Positions 9,942 through 19,921 of a DNA stretch of 64,000 nt are shown here, in pieces. The stretch's first letter is position 1; the number at the start of each line of letters is the position of its first letter. Under the pieces are notes generated by a model. It did no database searches. It saw nothing but the letters and a program-made list of their open reading frames with translations, and was not told the origin of the DNA. The DNA is from a virus. Taxonomy: Duplodnaviria > Caudoviricetes. The position numbers and the translations under genes are program-made. Location: positions 1-64,000 of IMG/VR virus record IMGVR_UViG_3300014204_000116, one strand, 5' to 3'.

Positions 9942-11284
9942 AGCAACAGCTTACGCTTCAAGAATTGCTCGACGCCATTGCTTCTGAGGAACTATTCGAG
10001 GACATGACGTATGCGGATTTTTTGCGCCTGGCCGATCCTGGCCGACTTCAAAGATCCGGGTATGTGCGTGGCCCGCCGATGGAGATCTACGGTAATTCTA
10101 AGCAAGAATACCACGTTTTCAACTACAAATCCTACCCGAGCACGACAGGATTTAGGCATAAGGGCTACATCGCGTTTAAAAAGCCGAAGGGTAAGCCCCG
10201 CCCCGTAGAACAATTGGCCGTCGAAGTAGATTGCGATTGCGACGATTACCGCTACCGCTGGGCCTGGGCTAACCGCCAAAAGGGAGCCGGTAAGATCGGG
10301 CCGCAAAGTCTTAACAAGTGCATAAACCGTGCCCCCAGGATTACTAATCCATCGGGCAAGCCCGCGCTGTGTAAGCACCTACTCGCCGCGCGGCACAGCA
10401 TAATGGGCTTACTGGCTCACTTCCCAAAACCCACAGAAGGCGAGACAGACGTAGACATATCCTGGAAATTAGATCAGCTCGTAAAGCAGACGCAGAAGCG
10501 CTCTGACAATTATGCTGCGGCCCGCGAAAAAGCGCGCGCGATGACCAAGTCCAAGAACCTGGTGCGCAACTACAGAAACGTCTACGGCCCGATGGCCCAG
10601 GCAGAAGTTCCCCCAGCGCCTGAAGATGAGCCTGTGCCCCTTCCACCTGAAATGCCCGAAGAACCCCGGATGTCACCCCGGAAGTCGCCTTTAGCACCGC
10701 CTGCACCAGGAGCCTTAGGCCCGCAACTTCCAGCGGCCCCGCCAGTAGCTCCAAAAAAGAGTGAGAAATTGGGGGCAAGCCCTGCTGCTAAACCACCGAC
10801 TCCTGTGCCACGTAAGCCTCAAAGTAAAAAGCGTGGAGAATCTCTCGTAGTTATACAGAACAGTGATACTCGTATGAATGCTGAACTACTCAAAGAATCC
10901 AAGACCATCGTTGAAGAGATGGGTGACGAACTTGACACAGAACTTTCGGCTCCCGGTGGTGCCGAGGGTAATCCTGGTGAAGAACTTCCTCCTCCTGCGA
11001 CCACGGATGAAATGCCCCCGATGGGTGACGAAATGCCACCTGGAGAAGGCGGCTCTCCTGAGGACGAAGCGCTTAATCTTTTGCGAGAGATCGCCGGAGG
11101 CATAACTCGCCTGGCTGACGAAATCGCGCCTATCGCCGCCGAAGAGGAAGCCGAAATCGAAGGAGAGGCTGAACCTCTGCCCGACGAGGATGAAGGCGAA
11201 GGAGACAAGAAAGACATCGCGGTTCCTCCGGTTGAGGACGAGGATGAATTCTCAGAAACTATGCCGGTTCCCACAGGCGCATAA
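9938..11284 (+). CDS. SWIM-type zinc-finger protein with Pro-rich linker and acidic C-terminus
   Basis: CDCDDY...CKHL (CxC..CxH); low-complexity P/E-rich tail. Confidence 0.7.
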   Translation: MKQQLTLQELLDAIASEELFEDMTYADFLRLADPGRLQRSGYVRGPPMEIYGNSKQEYHVFNYKSYPSTTGFRHKGYIAFKKPKGKPRPVEQLAVEVDCDCDDYRYRWAWANRQKGAGKIGPQSLNKCINRAPRITNPSGKPALCKHLLAARHSIMGLLAHFPKPTEGETDVDISWKLDQLVKQTQKRSDNYAAAREKARAMTKSKNLVRNYRNVYGPMAQAEVPPAPEDEPVPLPPEMPEEPRMSPRKSPLAPPAPGALGPQLPAAPPVAPKKSEKLGASPAAKPPTPVPRKPQSKKRGESLVVIQNSDTRMNAELLKESKTIVEEMGDELDTELSAPGGAEGNPGEELPPPATTDEMPPMGDEMPPGEGGSPEDEALNLLREIAGGITRLADEIAPIAAEEEAEIEGEAEPLPDEDEGEGDKKDIAVPPVEDEDEFSETMPVPTGA

Positions 11285-11296
11285 CGAAAGACTACT

Positions 11297-11788
11297 ATGT
11301 CGTACCCAGGCGAATATATTGATCCACTGCCGCGAGTATCCAACGTGCAATGCGCGATGGTAAGCGGCTACGCCTGCGCACGCCTCCGCCGCGAAGATCC
11401 TATTTTCTTCGCGGGTTCCGGCGATGATGATGAAGCGCAGGTCTACCTACAGAATACAGGCGATGCCAACTTTACTGTTCAGTTGAAGCAAACCCGCCAA
11501 ACTGCCGCTCCTGGCACCGACTCCACCAGCACGCCTACGGGCACCCGGTTTAATGTCGGCACAGCGCAGACACTAGTTCCCGGTGGGCGTTCTACGATTC
11601 AGGTCGCCCCGTGGATGGAATACCTGGAGCTGTGGTGTACTGCTGGAACATCGGGTAAGGGTTTTGTTCGGGCACAGATTACCGGTCGGGTTCGCTGGCA
11701 AAAAATGGCCTTCGACAAGACCGAGACAGTTGTTGCGCCCCAGATTTTGAATAACCTCAAGATCGTTCCCGTCGCACCCCTCATTTAA
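11297..11788 (+). CDS. Small beta-sandwich virion-type protein (paralogue family A)
   Basis: QNTGDANFTVQL..VG....LVPGG shared with 26326..26823 and 19563..19919. Confidence 0.6.
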   Translation: MSYPGEYIDPLPRVSNVQCAMVSGYACARLRREDPIFFAGSGDDDEAQVYLQNTGDANFTVQLKQTRQTAAPGTDSTSTPTGTRFNVGTAQTLVPGGRSTIQVAPWMEYLELWCTAGTSGKGFVRAQITGRVRWQKMAFDKTETVVAPQILNNLKIVPVAPLI

Positions 11789-13107
11789 GGTGCTGCATTC
11801 GGATCACGAGCGTCCAGGAATAACCTCCTGGACGTTTCTTTTCCTGCCCCCTTGGTCGTCGCAGAAGATGCAGTGTCACCAATGTTGAGAGCCTGGCCCT
11901 CGGCGGAGTTTGGCGCACTTATGACATTTTGCCCCTGTTGCACAAGTTGGGTATGTGATGCCTGATTTACGTAGTACTCTCCACGCTCCAGAATGACTGT
12001 GGACATCAGAGAAGTCTTTTCCACGTTGTGCGTGACAGTGGGCACGTAATACATGCCGGAAGTTGGCGTAGTCTGAGATTGGGAGGGATTTACAACTAGG
12101 TTTACGATATCCCCCGCCCGGAAAAACAATGACTTAGCCAGCGAAAGCTCCACCCGATAATTCCCGGCTCTTGTGCGCTCGTAGATGCTTTGGCCGATAG
12201 CACTTACTTCGGATATGCGGTTTGACCCAACGTGATACAAGACATTTTTCTGTATCCCTTTGACCTTGGCGATATCAGGGAGTGTATTACCGAGCTTCAG
12301 GGCCAGGGCAGGATCAGATTCAATGTCCTGCCGAATACCTGAGTAAGGATCGTGTATCACCACGCGCACCCCGCCAGAGCCCGCATCAACCCTGCTCTGG
12401 GTTGCATCTATATGCCGGAGTGATATGCCAGAACTGGCATAATAAGCAAACTCCTTTACGTCGGCCTGGTAATCCATCGTGTGGAAGTGGAGCGTTCCAT
12501 CCTTGAAGAAAAATTTGTAGTTTCCACGGCCTTTGTCATTAATGGCACGGGGTATCATCCTGTTCAGGATAAACTCGTAATCGCTAATGTAGCTTTGAAC
12601 CCAGATGCCCTCATATTTGGTTTCTTCGACGACTGCGGGCACGCCATGAAAGTCAGCGATACCTTTGACAATATCGCTTATCTTGCCCTTGCGCGCTTGC
12701 ACGCGGTTGACACGATGGATCTCAAACAGCTTATCGCAGCACGTCAAGGACGCCATGTATCCCGCCCCTTTTCCCAGGCCGACAATCGTGGAGGCATCAC
12801 TTCTGATCAGGTATTCTCCCCAGGGCAGCCACTTAATGCTATTACCGGCTGAACCGTAGCCGATCCGCAGGCGGATATGCGGAGTTCCTCCTTTGGTAGA
12901 GTCTCTGATCAAACTGTCTACAAAATTCCGTGTGCTCGTTTGAACATTTATTACCCACTGGCCAAAGCCCAGGACAGTTTCGATGATATGGGCACCAATG
13001 AAGATATTTTCGGCGTTGAATACGGGCGTGACCTTGTTCGTCGTCGGCTGCCTAATTTCAGCTTCGACTAGGACAAGACCTTCTGCAATTGTAGGGACTT
13101 CTGCCAC
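11785..13107 (-). CDS. Baseplate hub / late-control-D-like (gp27/gpD-like) protein
   Basis: G.ISDIV..IA..G..VE.T..W.Q...SDY.F...M..A...Y.FFFKDGTLHF..R.GD.V..SG.YYV..VTH pattern. Confidence 0.7.
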   Translation of the reverse strand: MAEVPTIAEGLVLVEAEIRQPTTNKVTPVFNAENIFIGAHIIETVLGFGQWVINVQTSTRNFVDSLIRDSTKGGTPHIRLRIGYGSAGNSIKWLPWGEYLIRSDASTIVGLGKGAGYMASLTCCDKLFEIHRVNRVQARKGKISDIVKGIADFHGVPAVVEETKYEGIWVQSYISDYEFILNRMIPRAINDKGRGNYKFFFKDGTLHFHTMDYQADVKEFAYYASSGISLRHIDATQSRVDAGSGGVRVVIHDPYSGIRQDIESDPALALKLGNTLPDIAKVKGIQKNVLYHVGSNRISEVSAIGQSIYERTRAGNYRVELSLAKSLFFRAGDIVNLVVNPSQSQTTPTSGMYYVPTVTHNVEKTSLMSTVILERGEYYVNQASHTQLVQQGQNVISAPNSAEGQALNIGDTASSATTKGAGKETSRRLFLDARDPNAAP

Positions 13108-13114
13108 TTAATAC

Positions 13115-13408
13115 CTACAGTTCATCCACGGTCGAAAAGCGCTTTTCCAAAGTGGCTTGGACGTCATCGGGAAGTTCCAGGTTGAACAATTCCAGGTTGG
13201 CATTGGTAACCGGGTCGATAGCCTCTATGAAGCTATTTACCGACTTGACGCTAGAAAATAACAGCTTGCACTCTTCCCCGTCGAATTCAATCTGCTGGCG
13301 ACCACGGTGTACGACCGCCTTCGATGAGTCTTCCGTGACAACTGTATCTGGCACGCCATCCTCTTTAAGCGTTTCGATTAGTTCGATTAGTTCTGCGGAT
13401 TTTTTCAT
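13115..13408 (-). CDS. Small acidic hypothetical protein
   Basis: 97-aa ORF directly upstream of the hub gene. Confidence 0.55.
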   Translation of the reverse strand: MKKSAELIELIETLKEDGVPDTVVTEDSSKAVVHRGRQQIEFDGEECKLLFSSVKSVNSFIEAIDPVTNANLELFNLELPDDVQATLEKRFSTVDEL

Positions 13409-13428
13409 CTTGCACTATACTTACATTG

Positions 13429-13992
13429 ATGAGATTTACGGATCGCAAAGAGTTTACCTATGACCCCGCGCTGTTTAAACGCTCAGATACCCAGACAGCA
13501 CTCGGGATGCAGGCTGAATATGTAAAAGCGTACAGTGCTCAACCGTACCCGAAATTCTTCGAGGTAAACCGGTCGGATTCAAAAGTTGATGATCTCTGGC
13601 ACGTTCCACTGGATGATAGAACAGTTTTCTCCAGAATTTTAGAGATACCGGCAATAAATATGTTTGAAAAGCCGGAATGGAAATTGACTAAACTGGGCCT
13701 TGTTCCGGCCCGCCGAGACAAGTTTTGGCTCGCAAACACGCATCTTCAGCCTGCTCCGGTCGGATTTGACTATTTTCCTGAGCGAGGAGACCTGGTCTAT
13801 TGGAACGGCTACCGCTATACGATTCGGGACGTTACTCTTGATCCAACAGCATATTGGCAGCAGACAGGCGTATGGCTCGGCCTTATCGTCGAGTGCGTCA
13901 TCGCTCCCCAAGGAGATGCCAGGCCGGTTAGCAATAGTGGAGAGGCGGTCCCTCGGGAGACTTCTGAAACGCGTCTTAAACCAGAGGTATGA
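13429..13992 (+). CDS. Putative neck / head-closure protein (gp14-like)
   Basis: VDDLW..., P.RGDLVYW...Y.I..V pattern; located before the terminator and sheath genes. Confidence 0.55.
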   Translation: MRFTDRKEFTYDPALFKRSDTQTALGMQAEYVKAYSAQPYPKFFEVNRSDSKVDDLWHVPLDDRTVFSRILEIPAINMFEKPEWKLTKLGLVPARRDKFWLANTHLQPAPVGFDYFPERGDLVYWNGYRYTIRDVTLDPTAYWQQTGVWLGLIVECVIAPQGDARPVSNSGEAVPRETSETRLKPEV

Positions 13993-14351
13993 GCAAAGGG
14001 CTGTGGGACAGCATAACGGGTGGCGGGGGCGAAAAGCTTTTTGTAGACAGTTTGTCAAACGGCATGACGCTGGAAGATCGGCGGCACATCGCTGAAAACT
14101 TGAAGAACTGGCTCGTAAACACCACCCGCAAAAAACAGGTGGTAGACCTCGACCAGCGCTTAGTGCAGTGGGGCAAACGCTTCGATAAATTAGCCGAAAA
14201 TTGCAGTTTCAGCATGAGGAACGATGAAGTTGTAGTTATGGTAGCAGACGGTGATGCCGACACTCTGCGTGCACTGAAGAATGGCACGAGTTGGTTTGAT
14301 CCGTGTAACAACGTAGTTAATGTGATGATTTCGGCGCTGCTGAAGTCGTAA
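13989..14351 (+). CDS. Hypothetical virion-region protein
   Basis: Coupled 120-aa ORF. Confidence 0.55.
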   Translation: MSKGLWDSITGGGGEKLFVDSLSNGMTLEDRRHIAENLKNWLVNTTRKKQVVDLDQRLVQWGKRFDKLAENCSFSMRNDEVVVMVADGDADTLRALKNGTSWFDPCNNVVNVMISALLKS

Positions 14352-14366
14352 TTAAGTGAGAAAATT

Positions 14367-14636
14367 ATGGACAAGACGACTATCAACAAAGTGATTGAAC
14401 AGGCTATACTGAAACCCACAAAGCAAGCTGTCGCGGAAGCTACTGCGAAGCTGCTCAGTGAGGATATCAAAGTAGGCCAGGAAGTTGTCAGCGTTGACCC
14501 CGAAACCATCGTAGGTGGCTACGTCGGCAAAGGCCGGGTCAAGAAGCTGTCTAACGACCCCAGCGGATGTGCTGAAGTTGAATTTCCGAACGGCACCGTA
14601 GTCCAGGCTCAAGTCAGCCTTCTTGTCCCGGTGTAA
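14367..14636 (+). CDS. Small hypothetical protein, SH3-like C-terminus
   Basis: Preceded by GTAATTAAG and followed by a terminator. Confidence 0.6.
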   Translation: MDKTTINKVIEQAILKPTKQAVAEATAKLLSEDIKVGQEVVSVDPETIVGGYVGKGRVKKLSNDPSGCAEVEFPNGTVVQAQVSLLVPV

Positions 14637-14671
14637 ATCGCGGCCCATCACGCACAAAACTCAATTTCAAC

Positions 14672-14703
14672 GCCCAGGTTCTCACACCTGGGCTTTTTGT
14701 TTT
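14672..14703 (+). terminator. Intrinsic terminator
   Basis: GCCCAGGT-tctcac-ACCTGGGC followed by TTTTTGTTTT. Confidence 0.8.
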
Positions 14704-14718
14704 GGTAGTTAATCCAGT

Positions 14719-15738
14719 ATGGCTGCTAATATGACTAACCAAGTTAGAAGTGGTGCCCTAGAGTCAACCTCTATGCGCTATCACGAGTTTGCAATGCAAG
14801 CTTGGTTATACAGCCATTTTTATGTGAGAGAGGGCTATCCTGTGCCCGTGGTATTTGGCACACCCATGGATGCGTTCTCCAAGTTCAAAGATCTGTGGGC
14901 TAAGTCCACCAATCCATTCAATTACCTCTTTGACTTGAAAGACGAGAATGGAACACCGCTTTACGAGCCGCATCCAGCAGTGCCGCGTTACCCCCTTATA
15001 TCGGTATCACGCAAAGGCTGGAAGTATCGCACGAGCCAGAACTACTCTATCCACCAGTGGCGTCGGCTAAATTGGCCAACCGTCGCGGATGACGTAAAAC
15101 GGGAGGATCTGGGATACGTCACAGTTAGCGATATGCCTATGGCGTGGGATTATCGGTTTCAGATTACGTTTTATTCCACGCGGCCCGATACCCAGGCATT
15201 TTTTATCGAGTCCTTCATGCGTGAATTCAACAGGACTGGTGGCACGCCTCAGACCTGGCTTCCCATCAGTTACCCTGGTATTGGAAACCACCTTATCCGG
15301 CTGTTCATGGCGGATGAATCCATCGAGTGGGAAACTCCTGAAGAACCAGAGCCCGATAAGATCATGGAGTACAGAACCTCCATCAACGTAACTCTCGAAG
15401 GTTACTCCATCGATGCTAGGTTTAGGCCGGTGCCTGCTTTGTGGACATTGATCATTGGGGGTGGCCCTGCAACTGTAGACGAACTGACCCAAATTTCTCC
15501 GATTGTAACTGACAATCTGCGCATAGGGAACAATAACCCGGTTTTGGATGACCGGGCGAATGTTCCCGCAAATGGGACTAACGCGCAGCCGGTGTATGGG
15601 CAGCCCATCACAAGCATACTGTCATTCGGGACAGGAACGCCTAGTACGGCTGATCCTACCTATTTTTCACCGTCGAGCTATACCTATGGGATTGTGTCGA
15701 GTGAAGTTTTTGGAAATCCGGTTGTAGTTACACTGTGA
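14719..15738 (+). CDS. Putative tail terminator / sheath stabiliser (gp15-like)
   Basis: VPVVFGTP..., RYPLISVSR, P...D.RFQI.F pattern; immediately upstream of the sheath gene. Confidence 0.6.
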   Translation: MAANMTNQVRSGALESTSMRYHEFAMQAWLYSHFYVREGYPVPVVFGTPMDAFSKFKDLWAKSTNPFNYLFDLKDENGTPLYEPHPAVPRYPLISVSRKGWKYRTSQNYSIHQWRRLNWPTVADDVKREDLGYVTVSDMPMAWDYRFQITFYSTRPDTQAFFIESFMREFNRTGGTPQTWLPISYPGIGNHLIRLFMADESIEWETPEEPEPDKIMEYRTSINVTLEGYSIDARFRPVPALWTLIIGGGPATVDELTQISPIVTDNLRIGNNNPVLDDRANVPANGTNAQPVYGQPITSILSFGTGTPSTADPTYFSPSSYTYGIVSSEVFGNPVVVTL

Positions 15739-15815
15739 TTTGTAGACGGCCACGCCCTGAGTTGAACGGATAAGGCCGTGCGAAAGATTGTATTTAGAAA
15801 AACGATAATAAGCTT

Positions 15816-18056
15816 ATGGCAACAGTACGCGCAAGAACATTTCCTGGTGTTTATACCACCATCACCGATGCCAGCTTCTTGACCCCTGCCGAAAGTCGGT
15901 TTCGCGTGGGTCTCATTGGAGTAGCCGCCAAGGGTCCGCTGAACGTGCCCACTCATGTCCTGTCACTCAAAGATTTCCGGCGTCAGTTCGGAAAGAGTTT
16001 GGGGGCTGGCTATTACCTGGCCGATGCCGCCGCTATCCTGGCAGATCTTTCCGATGGCACTTATGTCCTCCGCGTAGCACATGAATACTCTCCCGTGGAC
16101 AACTGTGCTGCATCCGGCACATCCGGTGCTTATAAGCTCTATACGCCGAAAGCAGCGGTGTTCGATCCTGCCAATTTTGACAGCGATCCCACGACAAACC
16201 TTTATCTCCGTGTCACCCAGACGGGACTTCCATCTACGGTAAACGCAATCGTAGCCAGCGCTCCGCTGACCGATTCCGGTGGTGCTTATATCTTGCTCCG
16301 TTCCAATACCGGCGATCCTGCCCTATCGGCCAATTATACGAGTGCAAACATCGCCTATAGCGAGCTTGATGGAGCCTCTAACAACGCAGAATCAACGGTC
16401 TATGCCTACACCTATGAGGCCGCGCCGATTGGTGCAGGAACCATCAGTGGTGATAAGTCCTCGTTCCAGTTGCTCTACACGGGCGGCGGTGGCGTGGCTG
16501 ATTGGGAAGTGGGCGGGGTCTACAAGATCACCGAGACAAACAAGGTGACCACCCAGGAAATACGCGTCAAACGCGTGCTGGCCGATACCCCCGTCGTTGT
16601 TGAATTTGAAACGTCAGACATCGCCCAGGTTGGATACCAAGCCGTATCCCTCCAGGATAGCTATTCGGCTGCGACAGCCTATAAGATCGACAGCACCGCT
16701 GCTAATGTGGCTGCACTCTACCTGATGGCTGCATCTCCTGGAACATGGGCTAACGGCGCAGCTAGCACTACGGGGCTGTTCGTTAAGGTCCGCCCCGGCT
16801 CGAAGGCTGGCACCAAAATGCTCGAAGTCTATGAAGACTCGGCGCTCGTGGAAACTTTCGACAACCTCACGAACGTATCCACTTCCGCAAACTATTACAA
16901 CACTGCCATAAACGGTGTTTCGTCTTACATCACGGTATCCTACGTTGGAAACGGTGATCCTGCGAACTCTACCACTCCTTGGGATTCAGCACTCACCCTG
17001 CTGACTACTCCTAAGTCGATGCCAAAGGGCGCGATCAACAACGGCCAGGCCGGTGGAACTCATGGCAGCTTTGCCAACGGAGCGAATGGCGCAAACATCA
17101 CGGATGCCGACATCATCGGCACTGTCGATCCGAGTGACGATAGCCTCACCGGTATCAAAGCGTTTGAGGATACCGAGCAGGCCGAAGTTGACTTCATCTG
17201 CGCGCCTGGTATATCCAGCTTTGCCAACGGCGTTGTTTCTGCCGGTAATATATCGGTTGCAGTGATGCAAGAAATGGCCCGCGTGGCGGCTAAAGTTAAT
17301 GCAATCGCTCTGGCCGATGTTCCTCGTGGCTTAACTGCCAGGGAAGCCATTGACTGGCATAATGGGCAGGGCCTCTACGCAAACCGTGGTGGTCGTATTG
17401 ATTCCCGAAACCTGGCAGTCTACTGGAATTGGTTTACGATGACAGATCGGTTCGCGACTGACCCGACCGTCACCAAGGTAGTTCCTCCGACTCTCGCTGC
17501 TCTTCGCTGTGAGGCCTACACGTTCGATTCCTACCATCCTTGGGAAGCGGCTGCTGGCGAAACACGGGGCTTGATCCCGGAGGCACTTACCCTCGACTAC
17601 ACCAAGATTTCTGCGGATACCAAAAATGCCATGTATGGCAACGGTAATTCCGTGAACCCAATCATCCTGAGCCGGGGAACCACTATGCTCTATGGCGAAC
17701 GCACCATGCAAGTAGCTGAGAGCAAGCTATCCGTCGTTCATTCCAATGTCCTGATTCACTACATTGTGAATAACATGGCGGCGATTGCGCGCAGGTTCGT
17801 GTTTGACCCGAACGATATCCAGCTTCTCACCCAGCTTAAGCTGGTATTCACTGAGTTCCTGGACAAGGTCAAGAACGAGCGCGGCATCGAAGAGTACAAT
17901 CTCGTAATTGACGAGACCAACAACAACGCTGAATCTCGCAATCGCCGTGAGGTCAATGTCGATCTCTACGTTATCCCTACGGATACCGTCGAGCGCGTAT
18001 ACATCAACGCGATTGTGCGTGAGTCCGGTGCAAATCTGCAATCAGTAAACGTATAA
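15816..18056 (+). CDS. Contractile tail sheath protein
   Basis: N-terminal FPGVY..KGPLN.P; C-terminal LYGERT..FVFDPND..FL..VK..RGI..Y.LVIDETNN..V..YVIPT...E..YI. Confidence 0.95.
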   Translation: MATVRARTFPGVYTTITDASFLTPAESRFRVGLIGVAAKGPLNVPTHVLSLKDFRRQFGKSLGAGYYLADAAAILADLSDGTYVLRVAHEYSPVDNCAASGTSGAYKLYTPKAAVFDPANFDSDPTTNLYLRVTQTGLPSTVNAIVASAPLTDSGGAYILLRSNTGDPALSANYTSANIAYSELDGASNNAESTVYAYTYEAAPIGAGTISGDKSSFQLLYTGGGGVADWEVGGVYKITETNKVTTQEIRVKRVLADTPVVVEFETSDIAQVGYQAVSLQDSYSAATAYKIDSTAANVAALYLMAASPGTWANGAASTTGLFVKVRPGSKAGTKMLEVYEDSALVETFDNLTNVSTSANYYNTAINGVSSYITVSYVGNGDPANSTTPWDSALTLLTTPKSMPKGAINNGQAGGTHGSFANGANGANITDADIIGTVDPSDDSLTGIKAFEDTEQAEVDFICAPGISSFANGVVSAGNISVAVMQEMARVAAKVNAIALADVPRGLTAREAIDWHNGQGLYANRGGRIDSRNLAVYWNWFTMTDRFATDPTVTKVVPPTLAALRCEAYTFDSYHPWEAAAGETRGLIPEALTLDYTKISADTKNAMYGNGNSVNPIILSRGTTMLYGERTMQVAESKLSVVHSNVLIHYIVNNMAAIARRFVFDPNDIQLLTQLKLVFTEFLDKVKNERGIEEYNLVIDETNNNAESRNRREVNVDLYVIPTDTVERVYINAIVRESGANLQSVNV

Positions 18057-18062
18057 AGTTTT

Positions 18063-18671
18063 ATGGGACGAATTGTATTCAACAACACATTTGGGTCTCA
18101 AGGCTCGCGCCTGGACCTTCAGCGCAATGACCTGTGGAAAGTGTATATTTCACTGCCCACAGGCATAACACTCAAGTGGGACGAGGAAGTCCAGTTCGCA
18201 GTGGAAAAATTCCCGTTCCCTGCCCGCGAAAAAGAGGGCATACCTATCAAGTATTTGCAGCAGACCAACACCCAGATCGGTGGCGACGTGGCCATGGCTC
18301 CCGTGGAGCTTACCATTCGCTATCCATTTGCTGCCAAGACGGCGCAGGCCCTTGAGCAATGGTTTTGGCTTGTGGCCAATCCTAAAACGGGTGGCGTCGG
18401 GCTCACCAGCCAGGTTAAGTCGAAGGGGTATTTCCAATACCTTGTTCCAAACATGGCCCGCCAGATCGCAGACTTACAGAGCAGCGCGCAGAGCAGCCAG
18501 GACACACTCAAAAACGGTTTGAAATGGATCTTGGAAGGCGTGTGGCCTAAAGCGTTCAAAATGACGGATGCAGACATGTCCACCGGTAACGCGGTTTCCA
18601 TGTGTCTGGTTACATTCTCCGTGGACCGCTACTACCCCGAGGATGTCAATTCTATGCAGGTAGCGCTTTAA
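18063..18671 (+). CDS. Tail tube protein (gp19-like)
   Basis: Directly follows the sheath gene; L.GVWP....D.D......VTFSVD pattern. Confidence 0.85.
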   Translation: MGRIVFNNTFGSQGSRLDLQRNDLWKVYISLPTGITLKWDEEVQFAVEKFPFPAREKEGIPIKYLQQTNTQIGGDVAMAPVELTIRYPFAAKTAQALEQWFWLVANPKTGGVGLTSQVKSKGYFQYLVPNMARQIADLQSSAQSSQDTLKNGLKWILEGVWPKAFKMTDADMSTGNAVSMCLVTFSVDRYYPEDVNSMQVAL

Positions 18672-18674
18672 GTG

Positions 18675-19250
18675 ATGTCATTCAATACTTTACGAACTGA
18701 AAGCACCGTAATCAGGCCAAAAGGTTTGGTTACGGTGTCTAGCATCAAGCTGGCTAATGGTCAGTCCATTTCAACACAGCAAGCTGTGGACTATGGCTGG
18801 ATCATTCCGGCCCCAGGAAGATCTCCCACTGGATGGGGCCTGGAGAAGCACGAAGTCTCCCTGGGAGAAAATCTGTTCGTTGATCAAGGGCGACAGCTAC
18901 TCGCGTTTTGCTTCGGATTTAGAAGCCCGATATCGGACTTCACGGTTCAACAGTTTTCGGTGGGCACCGGCCTTACAGCGCCCCAGGTCACAGACGTCGC
19001 CCTTGAGGCACCAATCACGCTCGTATCCACGGCATCCACACTGGCCCCAATTGACGGCGTGGACTTTCTGACGCCTTTCGTGGTCCGCGTATCCTACACG
19101 ATAGCATTGGGGGATGCAAACGGGTATCTCATTACAGAACGTGGCCTGCTTAGTGGTAACGGTGTGCTATTTGCCCGGCACGTTAGCAGCGCGGGCATCG
19201 CGAAGTCGAGTGACTACAGCCCAACCCTGACCTGGAGGATTCGATTCTAA
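18675..19250 (+). CDS. Putative baseplate / fibre-attachment protein
   Basis: ENL.VD.G..., VGTG..AP...D..L..., D.NG..ITE.GL.....LFAR.....TWRIRF pattern seen in tail-collar-type proteins. Confidence 0.6.
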   Translation: MSFNTLRTESTVIRPKGLVTVSSIKLANGQSISTQQAVDYGWIIPAPGRSPTGWGLEKHEVSLGENLFVDQGRQLLAFCFGFRSPISDFTVQQFSVGTGLTAPQVTDVALEAPITLVSTASTLAPIDGVDFLTPFVVRVSYTIALGDANGYLITERGLLSGNGVLFARHVSSAGIAKSSDYSPTLTWRIRF

Positions 19251-19555
19251 TGGCCAATCACGCACACATCCTGGCACGGTTGCACGAGGACTTCAGCACC
19301 AACCCAAACTATGGGGTGGGTGATAAGCAGCGTTCTGGAGACTCCAAGGTTGTCCCTGAGATCACGAAGAAGGAAGGCAGTGACTTTCACCCAACCGGTG
19401 AAGAGCGCCGGGAAATCCATCTGGCTGATAAAATCTTGAAAGCTGCCAAGAATTTGGCATCCACGCCGGATGTAGACGAAATTATCCGATGTGCCGAGGA
19501 ACTAAAACAGTTACACGGTGTTACAGAGGGTAACCCGGATAACACATCCAAGTAG
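19250..19555 (+). CDS. Hypothetical protein
   Basis: Coupled 101-aa ORF. Confidence 0.55.
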   Translation: MANHAHILARLHEDFSTNPNYGVGDKQRSGDSKVVPEITKKEGSDFHPTGEERREIHLADKILKAAKNLASTPDVDEIIRCAEELKQLHGVTEGNPDNTSK

Positions 19556-19562
19556 TTATAAT

Positions 19563-19919
19563 ATGGCAACCATTTTCTACACCGACACACAAGTAGTGGG
19601 AGAGACCTCATCTACCCTATTTTCCATGATTCAGCAGGGGCCGGTGTCAGCTCAGTTGATCATTAAAAACACGGGTGTTAACACGATCAACTACAGGCTC
19701 CAGGAATACAATGGAACTGCCTGGGTGGATCTTGGGGCAAGTGGAAGCGATTTCTACACCACGTTAACCGCCGATGAAGTGAAGTCGGTGAAGGTGACAT
19801 CGAACTATCCCCAGGTGCGCATGGTCGGGAATGCCTCTGGTGGTGCCTATCTTGACTTCGATGTCACACGCTATGCCGAACGCGCTAGCGGGGGTGCTTT
19901 GCCTATCTTGAGCCTATAA
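19563..19919 (+). CDS. Small beta-sandwich virion-type protein (paralogue family A)
   Basis: Start refined to MATIFY behind GTAGTTA at 19552; KNTGVNTINYRLQ motif. Confidence 0.65.
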   Translation: MATIFYTDTQVVGETSSTLFSMIQQGPVSAQLIIKNTGVNTINYRLQEYNGTAWVDLGASGSDFYTTLTADEVKSVKVTSNYPQVRMVGNASGGAYLDFDVTRYAERASGGALPILSL

Positions 19920-19921
19920 GC

